Assembly (NCBI GenBank): GCA_043228905.1
Contig: JBHGNT010000002.1
Span: forward strand, 22,196,001-22,260,000
Source: Azolla caroliniana
Lineage: Eukaryota > Plantae > Polypodiophyta
Direction: 5' to 3'
DNA: 64,000 bases
Shown here: in pieces, positions 45,468-59,141 of the stretch
How the letters are laid out: each line of letters starts with the position of its first letter
Position numbering within the stretch: the stretch's first letter is position 1
Program-made: the position numbers and the translations under genes
The notes under the pieces: generated by a model
Told to the model about the DNA's origin: nothing
The model's input: the letters and a program-made list of their open reading frames with translations, nothing else
The model's database searches: none

Positions 45468-46222
45468 CTCAACCGGAAAAAGGTTATGTTTTGCTTGTCG
45501 GCCAAGCATTCAGTGCACTTCTCAAGTTGCACGTTCTTAACCTCCGGAATGAGGTTGTCATCAGCAAGTCTTTGCATCCCCTTCTCGCTCATGTGCCACA
45601 ATTCTCCGACGGTGTCGGTTTCCACATTCGCTTCCTCCCGAAATATCTGAGCATGCATCAGATATAGTGTGTTGGTGTTTTTAGCTCGGGCCACAATTAG
45701 GCTTCCTTTGCTGAATTTCATAACAATGTCCTAGATGCTACCCATGTAGCCTTTGTCATCCAACCGACTGGTTGATATCAAGTTCAATCGAACCTCCGGA
45801 ACGTGTCAGACATCCTTCAACACCAGTCAACACCCATCTCAACCGGAAAAAGGTTCTATTTTGCTTGCCGGCTAAGCAATCAATGCATTTCTCAAGTTGC
45901 ATGTTCTTAACCTCCGGAATGAGGTTGTCATCGGCAAGTCTTTGCATCCCCTTCTCGCTCATGTGCCACAACCTGCTATGCCACAATTCTCTGACGGTGT
46001 CGGTTTGCACATTCGCTTCCTCCCGACATATCTGAGCATGCATTAGATATAGTGTGTTGGTCTTTTTTAGCTTGGGCCACAATCAAGCTTCCTTTGCTTA
46101 ATTTCATAACAATGTCCTAGATGCTACCCGTGTAGCCTTCGTCATCCAACCAACCGGTTGATATCCGGTTCAATCGAACCTCCGGAATGTGTCAAACATC
46201 CTTCAGCACCAATCAACACCCA
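45468..46222 (-). repeat. Tandem duplication (about 370-385 bp) of the Copia GAG-pre-integrase region
   Basis: CTCAACCGGAAAAAGGTT starts at both 45468 and 45838, and the peptide LWHMSEKGMQRLADDNLIPEVK occurs twice. Confidence 0.85.
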
Positions 46223-48217
46223 TTCGACATTACCAAGCACACGTCTCCGATGTCGACAATTCGGTATGCACCTTCATCTCCCATCCTTACGAGGTTGTGG
46301 TATCCTGCCTTGTAGGATGAGAAGCACTTTCTGTCGGGGGTTAGGTGGAATGACTCACCCAAATCGACTACCCATGTTGATTCATCGTCGACAAGGTTCA
46401 CTTCGTTCTACTCACTTATGAGGAGCCGTTCCTCCTCACTTGTCGCAATAGCCGACATACATTTCTGTTCCGAGCTTTTCTTCATGTCGGCACTATCGTC
46501 TCCATCAACAAGGGCCTTCAGGTCAAATATTTCCTCCTTGTCCTTCCTACGAGCTTCCTCATCTAGTAAGCTTGATTTTACTCTTGCTAGGGATAAGTGC
46601 TTCCCTTTCGGTCTGGCATTGCATAGTGTAATGACTAGCGTCTCCTAGCTATCCGGAAGGGATCCGAGCAACAACAACGCCAGTACCTCATCGGCTAGTG
46701 GTACTTCGAGCGAGGTAGTCTGGTTTATTAGCCCTTAGAAGGCGTTCATATGCTCCACCATACTAGAGTCATCCTGATACCTAAGCCTCACTATTTTTCG
46801 AAATACTAAGACTTGATTCTCGACATTCTTGTTCTCCAACATAATGCCAATCTTCTCCCATAGTTCATGAGCCGTGTTCTCTTCATTGAAGTTGTTGTAC
46901 ATGCTCATATTGATGAAGAATCGAATGTATGTCGTCGTCTTCAAGTGCATTACCTCCCAGGTCGCGATATCAATCTTGTCTAGTCTTTTACCTCCGAACT
47001 ATACTGGTAGCCAGAGATCTTTGACCACTAGCATGTCCCTCATCTTCAATTTCCATACTCAGTAATTGGAGTTGGTCAGCTTGAACATACCCCCAAATGA
47101 ATCTTCCATTTTTCTGTGTTCTGATACCACTTTGATAGAAAAACGAGGAACTCGGCCACAACCGAGTTGAATGCGGAATAGGGAAGCAAGCAAATACAGA
47201 GAGAGAATAGAAATGATGGTACACGGGATATATCGTGGAAAACCCCAAATAGGTTAAAAAACTATGGGTGCCCACAGACACCGAACAAATCACTATAAGA
47301 GAATGTACAACGACACAAACACACATGCACCAACCTGAGTTCGTTCTCTTCATCAATTGACGGTTACAACGGACACAATCTTAGTGTCTCTTTCACTCTC
47401 ACACGCTTCATTTGTTCTGGCTATGGAGGCAATGACCTCGCACACACATTACTCAATTACACTCAACTACACTCTACAAGACGATTCTCACAAGCTCTAA
47501 CATTAACTACTGTTTGCCCTAGTTATCTTTATGCTTAGATAACTTTCGGGCTATTTACATGACTGGCCTAAGAAGGCTTGACTCAAACCTATTTACATTT
47601 TCTTTTTGTTTTGAATTCGGTCCATCCGAAAGGGACCTAATTCCCAACATGATGTTGGGTTTATGGACCATGGTTTTAGCACGAAGTCTGTAATAGTTCT
47701 TGTACTTCCTTAAGTGTCCATGCAATTTTAGGAAGAAGAAAGAAAATCCAACCAATAAGGAGTTATTGAGTGTACCACTATATCATACATCTAGAAGGCT
47801 TGTTGCGCTCTCATTTTCCGTCAAGCTAGAGCCTCACGAGCTGAAATGGTACATAATATTTGGTTGGACATGATCCACACTTTAAAAGGACAATGAGATA
47901 GTCTCATTGGAAATTTTGAAGCTAATGCTACTCAACACCATCAATTTCTTACTTTGTGAGAAGCTACTCCACTTATGCCCTTGAAAGACAATTATCCTTT
48001 TTGGCACTTTTAGCCACCAATATGATTGTTCCCTCCATCCATCACTCGACAATTGAAACAATGTAAATTGCTTTAGACTAATGAATGAATATCCTTAAAA
48101 AAGGAAACCAAAACCAAAACCAAAAACAAAAACCTCAATATATGGAAGATAAACCACTTAACTTAGATACTTACATAACAAATGCATGCATAATTTCACA
48201 AATCCAATTGCATTTCA

Positions 48218-48340
48218 CACATACACATACACATACACATACGCATACATAAACGCATACATAGATGCATGCATGCATCCATCCATCCATACCTACCTAC
48301 CTACCTACCTACATACATACATACATACATACATACATAC

Positions 48341-48371
<31 letters not shown>

Positions 48372-48381
48372 CATACATACA

Positions 48382-48413
<32 letters not shown>

Positions 48414-48451
48414 CACATGTACATACATACATACATACATACATACATACA
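48218..48451. repeat. (CATA)n and (CTAC)n microsatellite
   Basis: Read directly. Confidence 0.95.
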
Positions 48452-49090
48452 TGTTACAAAGGGATACTTCCCAAGAAAGGGAACGGTTATTTTGTATAAC
48501 AGAAAGGAGAAGATCTTTCGCCAATCATGCAATTCAATTCATTTCTTCAATGAAATGATTTGTGTATGATTTCACACCCCAAATAACACCAGTCACACAG
48601 TCAGTCAGTCAGTCAGTCATAACAGAACACCCCCAAGAAGAAAGAAGAAGAAGAAGAAGAAGAAGCCGAATCAGAACGCCCCCTGTTTGGCCCGTTTTTT
48701 TAGCTATGCAATGTATTTGGCGCCACATTATACGTGAAACCAAAATAAATTAAATACAGACATTATTGGTAACAATCCTTCGCTCCTCCCGCGTCCCCCC
48801 CAAATTTCATCTTTTAGCCTCGATCAGGAAGCCGTTTCCTTTCATCTTCTGCTATTCCTTTCGTTTTCTTTTTAATTTAATGCGTTTGTAGAAATGATTC
48901 TCATCACAAATCGATACCCAGTTTACCTATCATCCGCGTAGATGCATCTGCTTAAAACCTCCATTTTCTGATTGGATTGCCACTGTTTGATCTTTCTTTC
49001 ATTTATTCGCTCGCGGATGTTTGATCGATCATCCGTATTGTTTAACAAAAAAACCAACTAAAATAACAACATATATATATATATACATCC

Positions 49091-49888
49091 ATGATAAGGT
49101 TCAGGTTTAAATCCCAACAAATCCATCGCCATAGCTATACCTATGGAGGAGGATCTCTTCTTCTTCTTCAAACACTTATTGCATTATTACTTTCCTCCTT
49201 CTCGGCAACCACTTCTTCTTCCTTACTCCTTCCAGCAGAGGTAAGAAGAATAAACAAAATCTAAGAAGTTACAAACATTTGGAACTACCAATGCTTTCGC
49301 TGGATTGTTTGGCAATTGCTATCTAAAAGCTTTGTTCTCGTTCTGGTTTTTTTTTCTTTCGGTTCTCTGAGCAGATTGCAAGTTTAAGGAGGTTGGAGGG
49401 AGGATTGAAGGAAGCAAGGTTAGCATTGAGGAACACAAAGGTAAAGAATACTAACAGGGCATTGCAAGGTGAAGCTGCAGGAGCTACCTATGTTCATGGT
49501 GAAGATCACCAACAAAACGAAGAGCAGGAGACGATGGATCCGTTCTACCCTAGGGGGACAATCTACAAGGATGCCCTACTCTTCCAAGAGTAAGAGAAAC
49601 CACCATATCTCTGCATAAAAAAGAAAAGAAGGGAACATGAATCAGTGTCAGTCTCTCAATGTGTGTGTGTGTGTGTATGTGTATTTTGTAAGAGAATCAT
49701 AAGCAAATGTATGCATAAGCAAATTATATATGAATTTGTTGCAGGAGTTATGGCCAGATGGAGAAGAGATTCAGGATATTCGTGTACCCAGAAGGGAGGA
49801 AGCCATTGGTGCACGACGGGCCGTGCAAGGACATATACTCGACAGAGGGGAGGTTCATACAGGAGCTGAAGAAGAAGAAGAAGAAGAA

Positions 49889-49919
<31 letters not shown>

Positions 49920-51252
49920 GGAGGACATTATGTGACCAAGGATCCCATGGCCGCACATGTCTTCTTCCTGCCCTTCAGTGTCTCCAAGATGGTCAGCTAT
50001 CTCTACACTCCGGGCTCCCTGGACATGGACCCCTTGATACGCTTCGCCCACCACTATGTCCACATCGTGTCCGCCAAGTACCCCTTCTGGAACCGCAGCT
50101 CCGGGGCCGACCATTTCATGCTCGCATGCCATGATTGGGTGGGTAAAACCCTCAACCCTAAACCCTAAACCCTAAACCACCACACTTCCATGCCACTTAA
50201 GATTGACTACTGAACACCCGCCACACTTGTTGACCAATGTTGTCGACCAACCCAACATTGTATGTCGCGTAAACAATCTCCCATGTTCATCCATCTCTCA
50301 TGACCTTTCTTTCTCACCATAACACATTTTGTACAATACTAGAACTCTTTTTTATCGAAGTCTCTCTCATCATCACACGTTTTGTACAATACTGGAACTC
50401 TTCTTTTATCGAAGTCTCTCTCTCTCTCTCATCATAACACGTTCTGTACAATACTAGAACTCTTCTTTTATCGAAGTTTTATTTGGTCTTACAAAATGTT
50501 AACATATCTTTCTTTCATATTTCTTTCTCTCTTTTGTTTAATTTAAAATGTTGTTTTCTGTTGTCCAGGGCCCGCATATCTCGAGAGCACACCCCTACCT
50601 CGAGAACCACGCCATCCGCGTCCTATGCAATGCCAATGACTCTGAAGGCTTCGTCCCCCGTAAAGATGCGAGCCTCCCTGAGATCAACATGGTCGGAGGA
50701 GAAATACCACAGAACCTCGGTGGCCCTTCCATGGACTCGAGGCCGTACCTCGCCTTCTTCGCCGGCCAAGACCATGGCCCCGTCAGACCCCACCTCTTTC
50801 GACATTGGTTGACACGAGATGGCGATAAAAACAACACCATGCAAGTGTTTCGTACGCTCCCTAATGCATTGAATGAGTCTTATCGAGACTTCATGACTAA
50901 GAGCAAATTTTGCCTTTGCCCAGCCGGGTTCGAAGTGAATAGCCCGAGGCTTGTGGAGGCCATTTACTATGATTGTATCCCAGTTATCATTGCCGATGGC
51001 TTTGTGTTGCCATTCAGCGATGTGTTGAATTGGGATGTTTTCTCACTTCGAGTAAAAGAGAAGGATATTCCTCAACTCAAAGAGATTCTAGAAAATGTCC
51101 CTTTGGCATTGTGTGAGGAGATGCAAAGTAGGATAAGAGAAGTTAGAAGACATTTTCTTTTCAATAAGTCCCCACAACGGTATGATCTTTTCCATATGGT
51201 ATTACATTCCATATGGCTTAGAAGGTTGAACATTCAACTTAATTATAGTTGA
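49091..51252 (+). CDS. Exostosin family (GT47) glycosyltransferase, XGD1/At5g03795-like; exons 49091-49240, 49375-49589, 49745-50138, 50569-51252 (480 aa)
   Basis: GT-AG introns join into one 1443-nt frame. N-terminal hydrophobic anchor, LEGGLKEARLAL, SYGQMEKRFRIFVY, HDGPCKDIYSTEGRFI, GADHFMLACHDWGP, SKFCLCPAGFEVNSPR and HSIWLRRLN. Exon 1 is the least certain. Confidence 0.9.
50145..50180 (+). repeat. Plant telomere-type (CCCTAAA) repeats / telo-box in intron 3
   Basis: AAACCCTCAACCCTAAACCCTAAACCCTAAACC. Confidence 0.75.
50318..50478 (+). repeat. About 55-bp tandem repeat x3 in intron 3
   Basis: CAT(A/C)ACAC..TTTGTACAATACT(A/G)GAACTCTT..TTTATCGAAGT occurs three times. Confidence 0.8.
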
Positions 51253-51749
51253 AAAACAAAATCATTGATAAATTCAATTACATCATCAATCACTACATTT
51301 ACATATAATGTAATATACCTACGTTGTTCGGTTTTTGGCATTGTCTCATTGGACAACTATCCTTTAGGTTGTAGAGTTCAGTTCATCTTCTTAGATATCT
51401 TGTTAATAATATATACACCATTTCTACTGTTACCTTTTTAATCAATTCATTTGAAAATAATATTAAGATCGCATGTATCACTCATTTATGATTGCTAGTG
51501 TGCTCAATTTTATTTTATATGACACATGACATATGTAGTATTATGTATATATATTTACATTAGTTTAGGTAAGTTTATTCTTACAAAATGGATAGGTAAT
51601 GCCATTTAAAATTTCAACAAACACTCATGTGGATACCAACATTTTCATACACACATAAATAGATAATTTTATGTAGAAAGAGAAAGAGATTTTATTTCAT
51701 GATATCTTGCATCCATCCAATCTACACCACAATAGCAATTTTGATATGG

Positions 51750-53303
51750 ACTTGTCGCCTGTGGTCATTGTCGGGATCTAGATTCTCCATATGGTGGTCC
51801 ATGTTGTGTTCAACCATAAATCAAGCATGATGAAGGCAATTGATTTGGGACTCTAGGGTTTCCACTTGTGGTTTATACATGTATGATTTCACATGGCAAC
51901 ATCCATAGCCAATGTAGCATTGCTTGTTACAAATGTTTTAACAAGGGAAATTCATTGTTCATTCTTGGCTTCCAGTTTTTCAAGTTGAAGGTGGTTGTCA
52001 GACAACTTGGTTTCAACCTATACACAAAGATCGTGACCTCTTGCCGATTGTGACCCTTTGATGTAAGCTCAACATTAATGACCTCCAAGAGGTGGCTAAC
52101 ATCTATTAGGCACATGTATGAAGGGTGTTTGATCAAGCTAGGCATGGAAGATTGACGAAAACGTCCAAATGTTGCCATGTTGGTCGATGACCACCCTCAT
52201 AGTCACCACAAGTCCTCTTTGTAGCTTTGGGCAAGCTCAAAGGTGACCGTGAGTTCCTTGATGGTGTGTGAGGAAGAGATACTGCTCCTTGAGTATACCA
52301 TAGTTAATGACCTTTGGTTAACTTATTGGTGATTGTAGATGAGAGGCATGTGTGGTGCAAGTTGGGGATGAAAAATTATCCTTGGTTTTTTCCTCACAAA
52401 AAGGTAACCACCTATGTAGTGATTCAATCAAGGTGGCATAATGGTGACAAATGAGATCCGGGGTTTGGTAACTTGGTATCGCTTTGATCTCGATTCTCAT
52501 GTATGCGTAGAGCATGTAACTAAGTTCGAATTGAGGTACCATAACCATTTAGTCAAAAGAAAGCTTGACATGGGAATATTGATGTTAAGTGACGGTTCTA
52601 AATTTGGTAGTTATGACCATAGAGCAAGTGATTAAACATTATGCAAGATGTATGAGGGCAAATAATAGAAGTTATGATTAGGGAGAAAGGGAGGGGGAGG
52701 GGGTTAATGCAATGTATGTTATTGTTAGTAGTGTTAGGGGCGCTCATGTGCTTGTTGGGAGGTAGGTGCATTATGGGATTCGACAACGTTGTGATCGTTG
52801 TGTTGTCGTGGTGAGCCCATAGGGAGAATAAGCAAAAAAAGGGGGAAAGGGTACGATGACAAAAAACTATGTATCAAAAGATAAAGAGAAAAAAAGTCAA
52901 TGAACAAATGGTGAAGTTTATTAATTGTGTACAAAAAGATAAAAGGTTTAAATCTTGGCATATGGGAATATTAGAGTTATCTATGCCATTTTAAATCTTA
53001 ATGAATATAATAGGTGAGCATTTATTACAGTAAGAGGGCCTCTCCTTTCCCTATAAAAGGTGGGCCTTATTTTTGGCTTTTAGGTTTGTTTTCGGAGAAC
53101 TTGAGACCATTTTCTCCAAATTCTTCCTCTTTTTATGATTTGGGCTTTGAATATTTTTTGTCTACTTGTTTTTATGAAATTCCTTCCTTCTTCATTTTAG
53201 GGTTTCTTGGTGTTAAGTGTCTGGTGTGAGATTGGATAATGGATAATGGGCTATTATTCTTCATCTTCGTCTCCTTCTACTAAGCCTAAGTTGGGGTTGT
53301 GAC
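51750..53303 (+). mobile_element. Very old Gypsy remnant (possible integrase tail, PPT and LTR)
   Basis: Purine tract at 52681-52703, TATA CCTATAAAAGG near 53051 and a TTGTGACA end at 53303. Peptide similarity is weak. Confidence 0.3.
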
Positions 53304-54203
53304 AAAGGATATTGAGGGTTCTTCTTGCTATAAAGAGGGGAAGAAAAGATGAAGTAAGGGTTGTACCCAAGAAGAGGAGAACACGTATGAAGGAGGTGGG
53401 CTTCATTCGTGAGTTTGGACCATCGAAACTCAAAGATCTTTTTCCTACCTTAGTTACTCTTTCCTTTTATAATTTCATCCTTTTCACCCTATCAAAAGGA
53501 CTTTTCTTATTTTAATCTTGGTTAGTTGTCATGTACCCATGTTGGCGAGATTGAGGAAGAGAGGTCAATTCGTGGTTTTGGCATGAGACAATTATACCAT
53601 AAAAGAGTTTGAGTCCATAAGACCTCCATGGTGTGAGAGCCCTTTCAATTGCACATGCATCCAAACAATGAATGCTTATTGAATCTAGGAGAACCCTAAG
53701 CATGAGTGCCCATTAAATCCATGGGACCTCTTTGAAAGCACAAGGGCATGCTCAACCCTTAAGCGCCCATTCATTGCCCGAGCGCCCATCCATTGCATTA
53801 GTGTCTATGGGTTGGCGAATGCTCATTCAATCCACAAACACCCCATTGAACCCATGAAGAGAATCTATGAGGGTGATCCATAAGTGCCCATGAAAGGATG
53901 GTCAACAACATTGCAAATTCCTTTTCAACAACATCATGTCTTCCATGCTTTTGGTCCTCCATGGTCCTTCCCACACCCATGTGCGTTTGTGCAATATCTT
54001 TGGTGAACACAACGTGAAAGACCGGCAATGGAAGATGACGATACATAGAAAGAACTTCATTGCCATGATAGGCTAAATTATTTGGAGGGAAAGAGATAAC
54101 ATGGTCTTGTTAGACAAATCCATAGAGGTGATCAATGGATATTCAAATGATTGAGTAGGAAAGGCATATTGTGCCACCTAGTGCCGTGGTATGGCATATG
54201 GCC

Positions 54204-55528
54204 TCAAAAGGAATTGAACTCGTGTCGTTATGTTACATGAGTTGAGGCTATACCATTAAATTATTCATTGTAATATAATGATAAATTATCTTCATTACAG
54301 AAAATTCTTGTATATTCTAAATTACTCTGGAACATTCTAGAATCTTCCGGAATACTCCTGATAATACTATAAATTGAGGCATATGGCACAATTCAAAACC
54401 AACTCTGTTCGACGCCAATCTTAAGCCTTTTAGCTATCCTTGTACTCTTCTTAATAAAATATACTTCTTGTTATCATACTTCTCTCTTCCACACACACAC
54501 ACACACTCGCGCGCGAACTCTCTCTCTTGTGATCCTCACACGGTCTTTTCTCTCCTCTCTACATCTAATACTAATCCTGACAATACTCTCTCACTCTCTT
54601 TCCACCATCTCTACTACTACTCCTCTCTGCCTCTAGTACTACTTTTGATAGTTTGAACCGAATTTGTCCTTCTTCTTATCCTCCCTTCCTCTAGTACTTA
54701 TCTTCTTAACCTTCTTCCCTCTAGTCCTAATGGCCTTTGTTCGTGCACAAGAATATCAATATGTCATCTTGGAGCTTCAGTGTTTGAAAGAAAAGTTCAT
54801 TGCACTGGAACAAGAAAATCAACGTCTTTTGGGGGATCTACAACAAATTACCATTACGAGTACAAAAAGAAAAGCAACAACAACATGGGAAATTGGCATT
54901 ACGAGTACAACAATTAGAAGCAACTATCGTGTCGCTACAACAACAACGACCGAATACTCAAGGGATCCCTAAAGAACCTAATATTGGTCTTCCCATGAAA
55001 TTCAATGGAATGCGATCACAGTTCAGAAGGTTCCTTAACCAGATACGCTTAGTGATTCAAATGTATCCTTCTCGATATCCCACTGATGCATCACGAGGAG
55101 GGCTTGTAGGCACATTACTTAGTGGTATAACGTTAGCATGGTTCGCCCCGTTGTTAAGAAAAGGATCTCCTTTGCTAAATAATTTCAAGGAGTTTATTAA
55201 CGAGTTCAAAGCGTGTTTTGGAGATACCGATAGTGTTAGGGCAACAATCAATAAAATCTAAAGACTACGTCATGGAGATCGTCCAACCTCTTCAACTTAA
55301 GCGAATTTTCGTCTACTCACAACTGATATTCCATGGGATGACCAAGCATTGATCGAACCGGTTCGGTTCGGCCTATGCAATGGTGTCATAGATTTACTCC
55401 TGACTTTTCCCGAATAACTGAAGTCACTCACCGAGGCAATTGGCCCAACGGTGCGATGCGATAATCGGCTTTCGAACGATGTTCAGAACAACATCTACAA
55501 ATGCCAAGGACAAGATCAGAGCCCATGT
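54204..55528 (+). mobile_element. Degenerate Tcn1-like Gypsy 5' LTR and gag
   Basis: KEPNIGLPMKFNG..FRRFLNQIRL..GLVGTLLSG..AWF matches the 59545 gag and the 2032-2768 remnant. Confidence 0.8.
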
Positions 55529-56531
55529 TGTCACGGTATTCCGCGTGTGCGTGTCAGATAGGACGGGACCACGGGGGTCTTGGACTAGGGAGTGAGAGAA
55601 GGGAAAGAAGCTTGGGAGTTTAACCGAGAAGGGAAAGATTAAGGTTAGAGAGGTTAAGATTGGAGATATTAAGATTAGAGACAAGACAAGATTCATCGAA
55701 TGATTATATTACGAAAACACCACATGAATTACAACCATGGCCGTGTAGGCCGAATGTAAACCACTAGAGATGAAACCCTAACCGAATAGGGGAAGAGAAG
55801 AAGAAGAGGAAGAAGAATGAAACCCTAAAACGAGATCCTAAAACCCGAAACCCTAAAACGAAATAGAGGTGAAAAATAAACCCTAATGGTCTACCCAAAT
55901 CAACAAAATGGCGACCTTTCACTCCCTTTTATAGTAGAAAGGGGTGAGGCACATTACAAAAAGAGATGCCAAATATCCCCTTCTTTCAATGGGGAATATT
56001 TTCCCTTATCTTAGGAGGAGAGATTGATGGGCCTTAACTCCCTCTCTTCACACTTTCACACACAACCACACCCGTACTTCTATGCACTCCCCTTTAGTCT
56101 ATAAGTGCATGAGCCCCTAAGTACACATCCCCTCCACACCCTCACCTCAGCGAACTCCACGTCCCCGACCACACACACCCCATGTTCGGTGACAACCCCT
56201 TTCGCACACCCCCCTCTGCTTTCTGCAACTATTGCTCATACTCCTTGACTCTGGCCCGTATGAAGCCCCCCCCCCCCTTTCCAACGACACAACCACCCAG
56301 CGTGGGGCCTTGCCTTTGATTTGAATAAAGGTCCTACCCGTCGTCAACTAGTCGGCCTTTGGACCCGTGTCAACGTGCTCCCCGCCACCTAAAAACGGAA
56401 TTTTGAAACCATGATCGACACGCGTTTTTTTCCCGCTTACATAAGTTTTAGTCGAAACCCCCCCTCGCCCTTTCGCCGGCCACAACACCTGCACATGGCT
56501 CACCGGCCCTAAGAAGGACTTCTTCACGACG
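55529..56531 (-). mobile_element. Solo (probably recombinant) LTR of the TGTCGTGAAG group
   Basis: Ends resemble 5439-6234 (TGTCACGGTATTCCGCGTGTGCGTG...TTCTTCACGAC). TATA near 55924 and AAACCCTAA repeats. No matching TSD. Confidence 0.65.
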
Positions 56532-56707
56532 ACTGACCAAATGCAGGAAATCCGGCTGCCACCACTGAACATCTGCCGTCTTCGCCATCATCTCCGCCGC
56601 CACCCACCCCCCAAGGAACCCCCCTACTCCATCCTTCACGTCCCCAACGCCCGAAGCTCCCCTCCCACAGTGCACCCGGGAGTGTGCACTCATTAGGTTG
56701 GGGGGGA

Positions 56708-57022
56708 TGTTAAGCACTTGGTTAACAACACAACCAGTCATGAATAAGAGCGCATCAACAAGGACGTAGTATGTGTTGAAGGACCTACGAAGAGGAAAAG
56801 AAGCAAAGAGGCGTCCAAGTGTGAAAGGCCCATACCCTAAACGTGAGTGCTATATAAACCACATAGTAGTGGCTTTGTAAGGGTTCTCCCATTTTGTAAA
56901 GATCTCTTTATTGATTAAGAGCTAGAGTTTCCTCTCCTCCTTCTTGTAACCTTTAAGCTTAAGAGAGATTAGTGAAGTGTTTAGTTAGAGAACACTAATC
57001 TCTCTTCCTTGTTGGTGCTAGA
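56708..57022 (+). repeat. LTR-like segment after a PPT, interrupted by the 57023 element
   Basis: GGTTGGGGGGGA followed by TGTTAAG, with TATATAAA at about 56851. Confidence 0.45.
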
Positions 57023-59141
57023 TATTAGAGATCTAGGTACTAAAGTAAGCTTAAGATAAGGATAAAGTAATGATAGATAGAAAGGAGAAAGAGAACGAAG
57101 GGTGCCGATCCACCCGACCACCCCCGGGCGAAGGGATCGAGACGGACTCGAGCCTCGATCGGCGTCCCATACCACCGTCGTGGCGTCGAGTCGTACCTGG
57201 TGCTGGCGCGCTCGCTACAAGAGCAGAGTCTCGATGTAGTCAAAAAGATGATGAAATGAGGGTAGCTAGGCCTCTTATTTATAGCGATACCCAAGGCCCC
57301 CAGGCAAGTTCACACTTGACCTAATGGGTTGTCTCAATCCCGAGGATTAAAAGTAATCCTCCCCTTCTTTACACTCTCGTTTAACCCTCACACTTATCCA
57401 CGTGTATAGAATACTACGGTAAATTCTCACCACGGGATATTAAATGGTCATGCCCGTAACATACTCCCCCTCTTTAAAACATTGCACTCTTGCAATGGAA
57501 AGTTAGGGAAGTTAGTTCTAAGAGTATTTTCGCGTTCCCATGTGGCATCTTTTATTGATTTATCCATCCATTTTATTTTAAATTCTCGGATTTCTTTAGT
57601 ACGTAAATTTTTTGTTTTAACATCGAGAATTCTTTCTGGTACATGTGGTTTAGAAGATAATTCTTCAGAAGTAACCAGAGTTTCAGTTGTAACTGTATTG
57701 TCGCCAGAACCTAGAAGTTCTTTTAGACGACTCACATGAAAGACTGGATGAATTCCAACACCATCAGGAAGAGCGAGACGATAGGCTGATGACCCAATGC
57801 ATTTGAGGACTGTAAAAGGTCCACAAAACCATGGGGCTAACTTAGCGCACTTACCCGTAGACAATGTCTTAGAATTGTGAGGTACACGTAAAAATACCTT
57901 TTGTCTAGGGTTGAATACACGAGGTTGCCTATGATGGTCGGCATAAAAACGCGCTCTATCTTGAGCTGTTTTTATATTATCTCGTGCAATATGCAACATA
58001 TCTTGCATATCCCGAAGAAAGTTTTGCGTACTTCGCAACTCATCATGATGTATATTAACATCAATCGAGGCTCGTGGCTGAAAACCATACATCAACATAA
58101 AAGGACTATATCCCGTCGACGTATGCTTGGAGCTGTTATAAGCAAACTCCAAATTTGGGAGATAACGTTCCCATTTTGTTGGTTTTGCACCAACTTATGC
58201 TCGAAGCATGTCCTCAATAATTTGATTTACTTGTTCTGTCTGTCCATCGGATTGAGGATGATCCGTGGAGCTCATGCTCAACATAGTTTCTAACTTCTTA
58301 AAGACTTGCGTCCAGAAGTCACTAATAAACTTTGGATCTCGATCACTCACGATATCCATCAGTAACCCATAAAAACGAAATAATTCGTCAACGAATTGGT
58401 AAGCCAATTCAGGAGCTGTTACCGTGGTTTTAGTAGCAATAAATCTAGCCATTTTAGTTAGTCGATCAACCACAACCCAGATGACATCATGGCCTTTTTG
58501 GGTGCGAGGAAGGCTAACAATAAAATCCATGGATATGCTTTCCCACTTATTATTGGGAATGTCCAAGGGATGTAAAAGTCCTGCGGCTTTAAGTCGCTCG
58601 GCTTTGTTAAGCTGACACTAGTGACATTTAGTCACATAGCTATGTATGTCAGGACGCATCTTAGGCCAATAAAATTGAGTGGAGATGAGAACGAGTGTAC
58701 GATGTATTCCAGGCTTGCATCAGTTTCAACATCAAAAGGTTTTGAAGGATCAGGTAAAAAAAGTGAAGGAGCCTTGCAAACCAGGTCCTTGAGTTCCTTA
58801 AAGGCGAGGTTTAGTGTAGCATTCCACACAATAGGTTTTGTAGACTTACGCGTTTGACCTTTTAAAATATCAGTAAACGGCGTCGTCAATTGGGAGTAAT
58901 TACGAAGAGACTTTCGCAAAAACCCGACAAAACCAAGGAATGATCAAACTTCTCGAATATTCCGAAGAGTGGGCCAAAGTTTGATTTTCTCAATGCGAGA
59001 AGGATCAATTTCAACTCCTTGTTCGGTTATGAGATGTCCTAGATAAGTAATTGATTTCTTGAAGAACTCACATTTTGAGATCTTTGCATAAAATTGTTTG
59101 TCACGCAATGTTTGTAAAACAAAGCGGACATGTCTAGCATG
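57023..59141 (-). mobile_element. Second copy of the 36478-44805 chromovirus (3' LTR 57023-57461, INT/chromo, part of RT)
   Basis: High identity to 36478-39200, with an internal deletion of about 590 bp at about 58713. Interrupted at 59141. Confidence 0.92.

Larger units (their letters stand above)
29007..47649 (-). mobile_element. Ty1/Copia element, degenerate, hosting three nested insertions
   Basis: LTRs at 29007-29525 and 47133-47649. TSD TGATG. PBS TGGTATCAGA at about 47120-47129. PPT GAAGGGGGAG. gag/PR/INT pieces at 45354-47110, INT/RT at 33912-35927 and RNase H at 29560-29921. Confidence 0.92.

Noticed and set aside
48186-48569. YIHT-repeat ORFs
   Set aside because: They are translations of the (CATA)n microsatellite.
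59137-59141. GCATG target shared with the solo LTR at 11675 as a target preference
   Set aside because: The two belong to different families, only one flank is visible here, and the 36478 copy has GAAGA.
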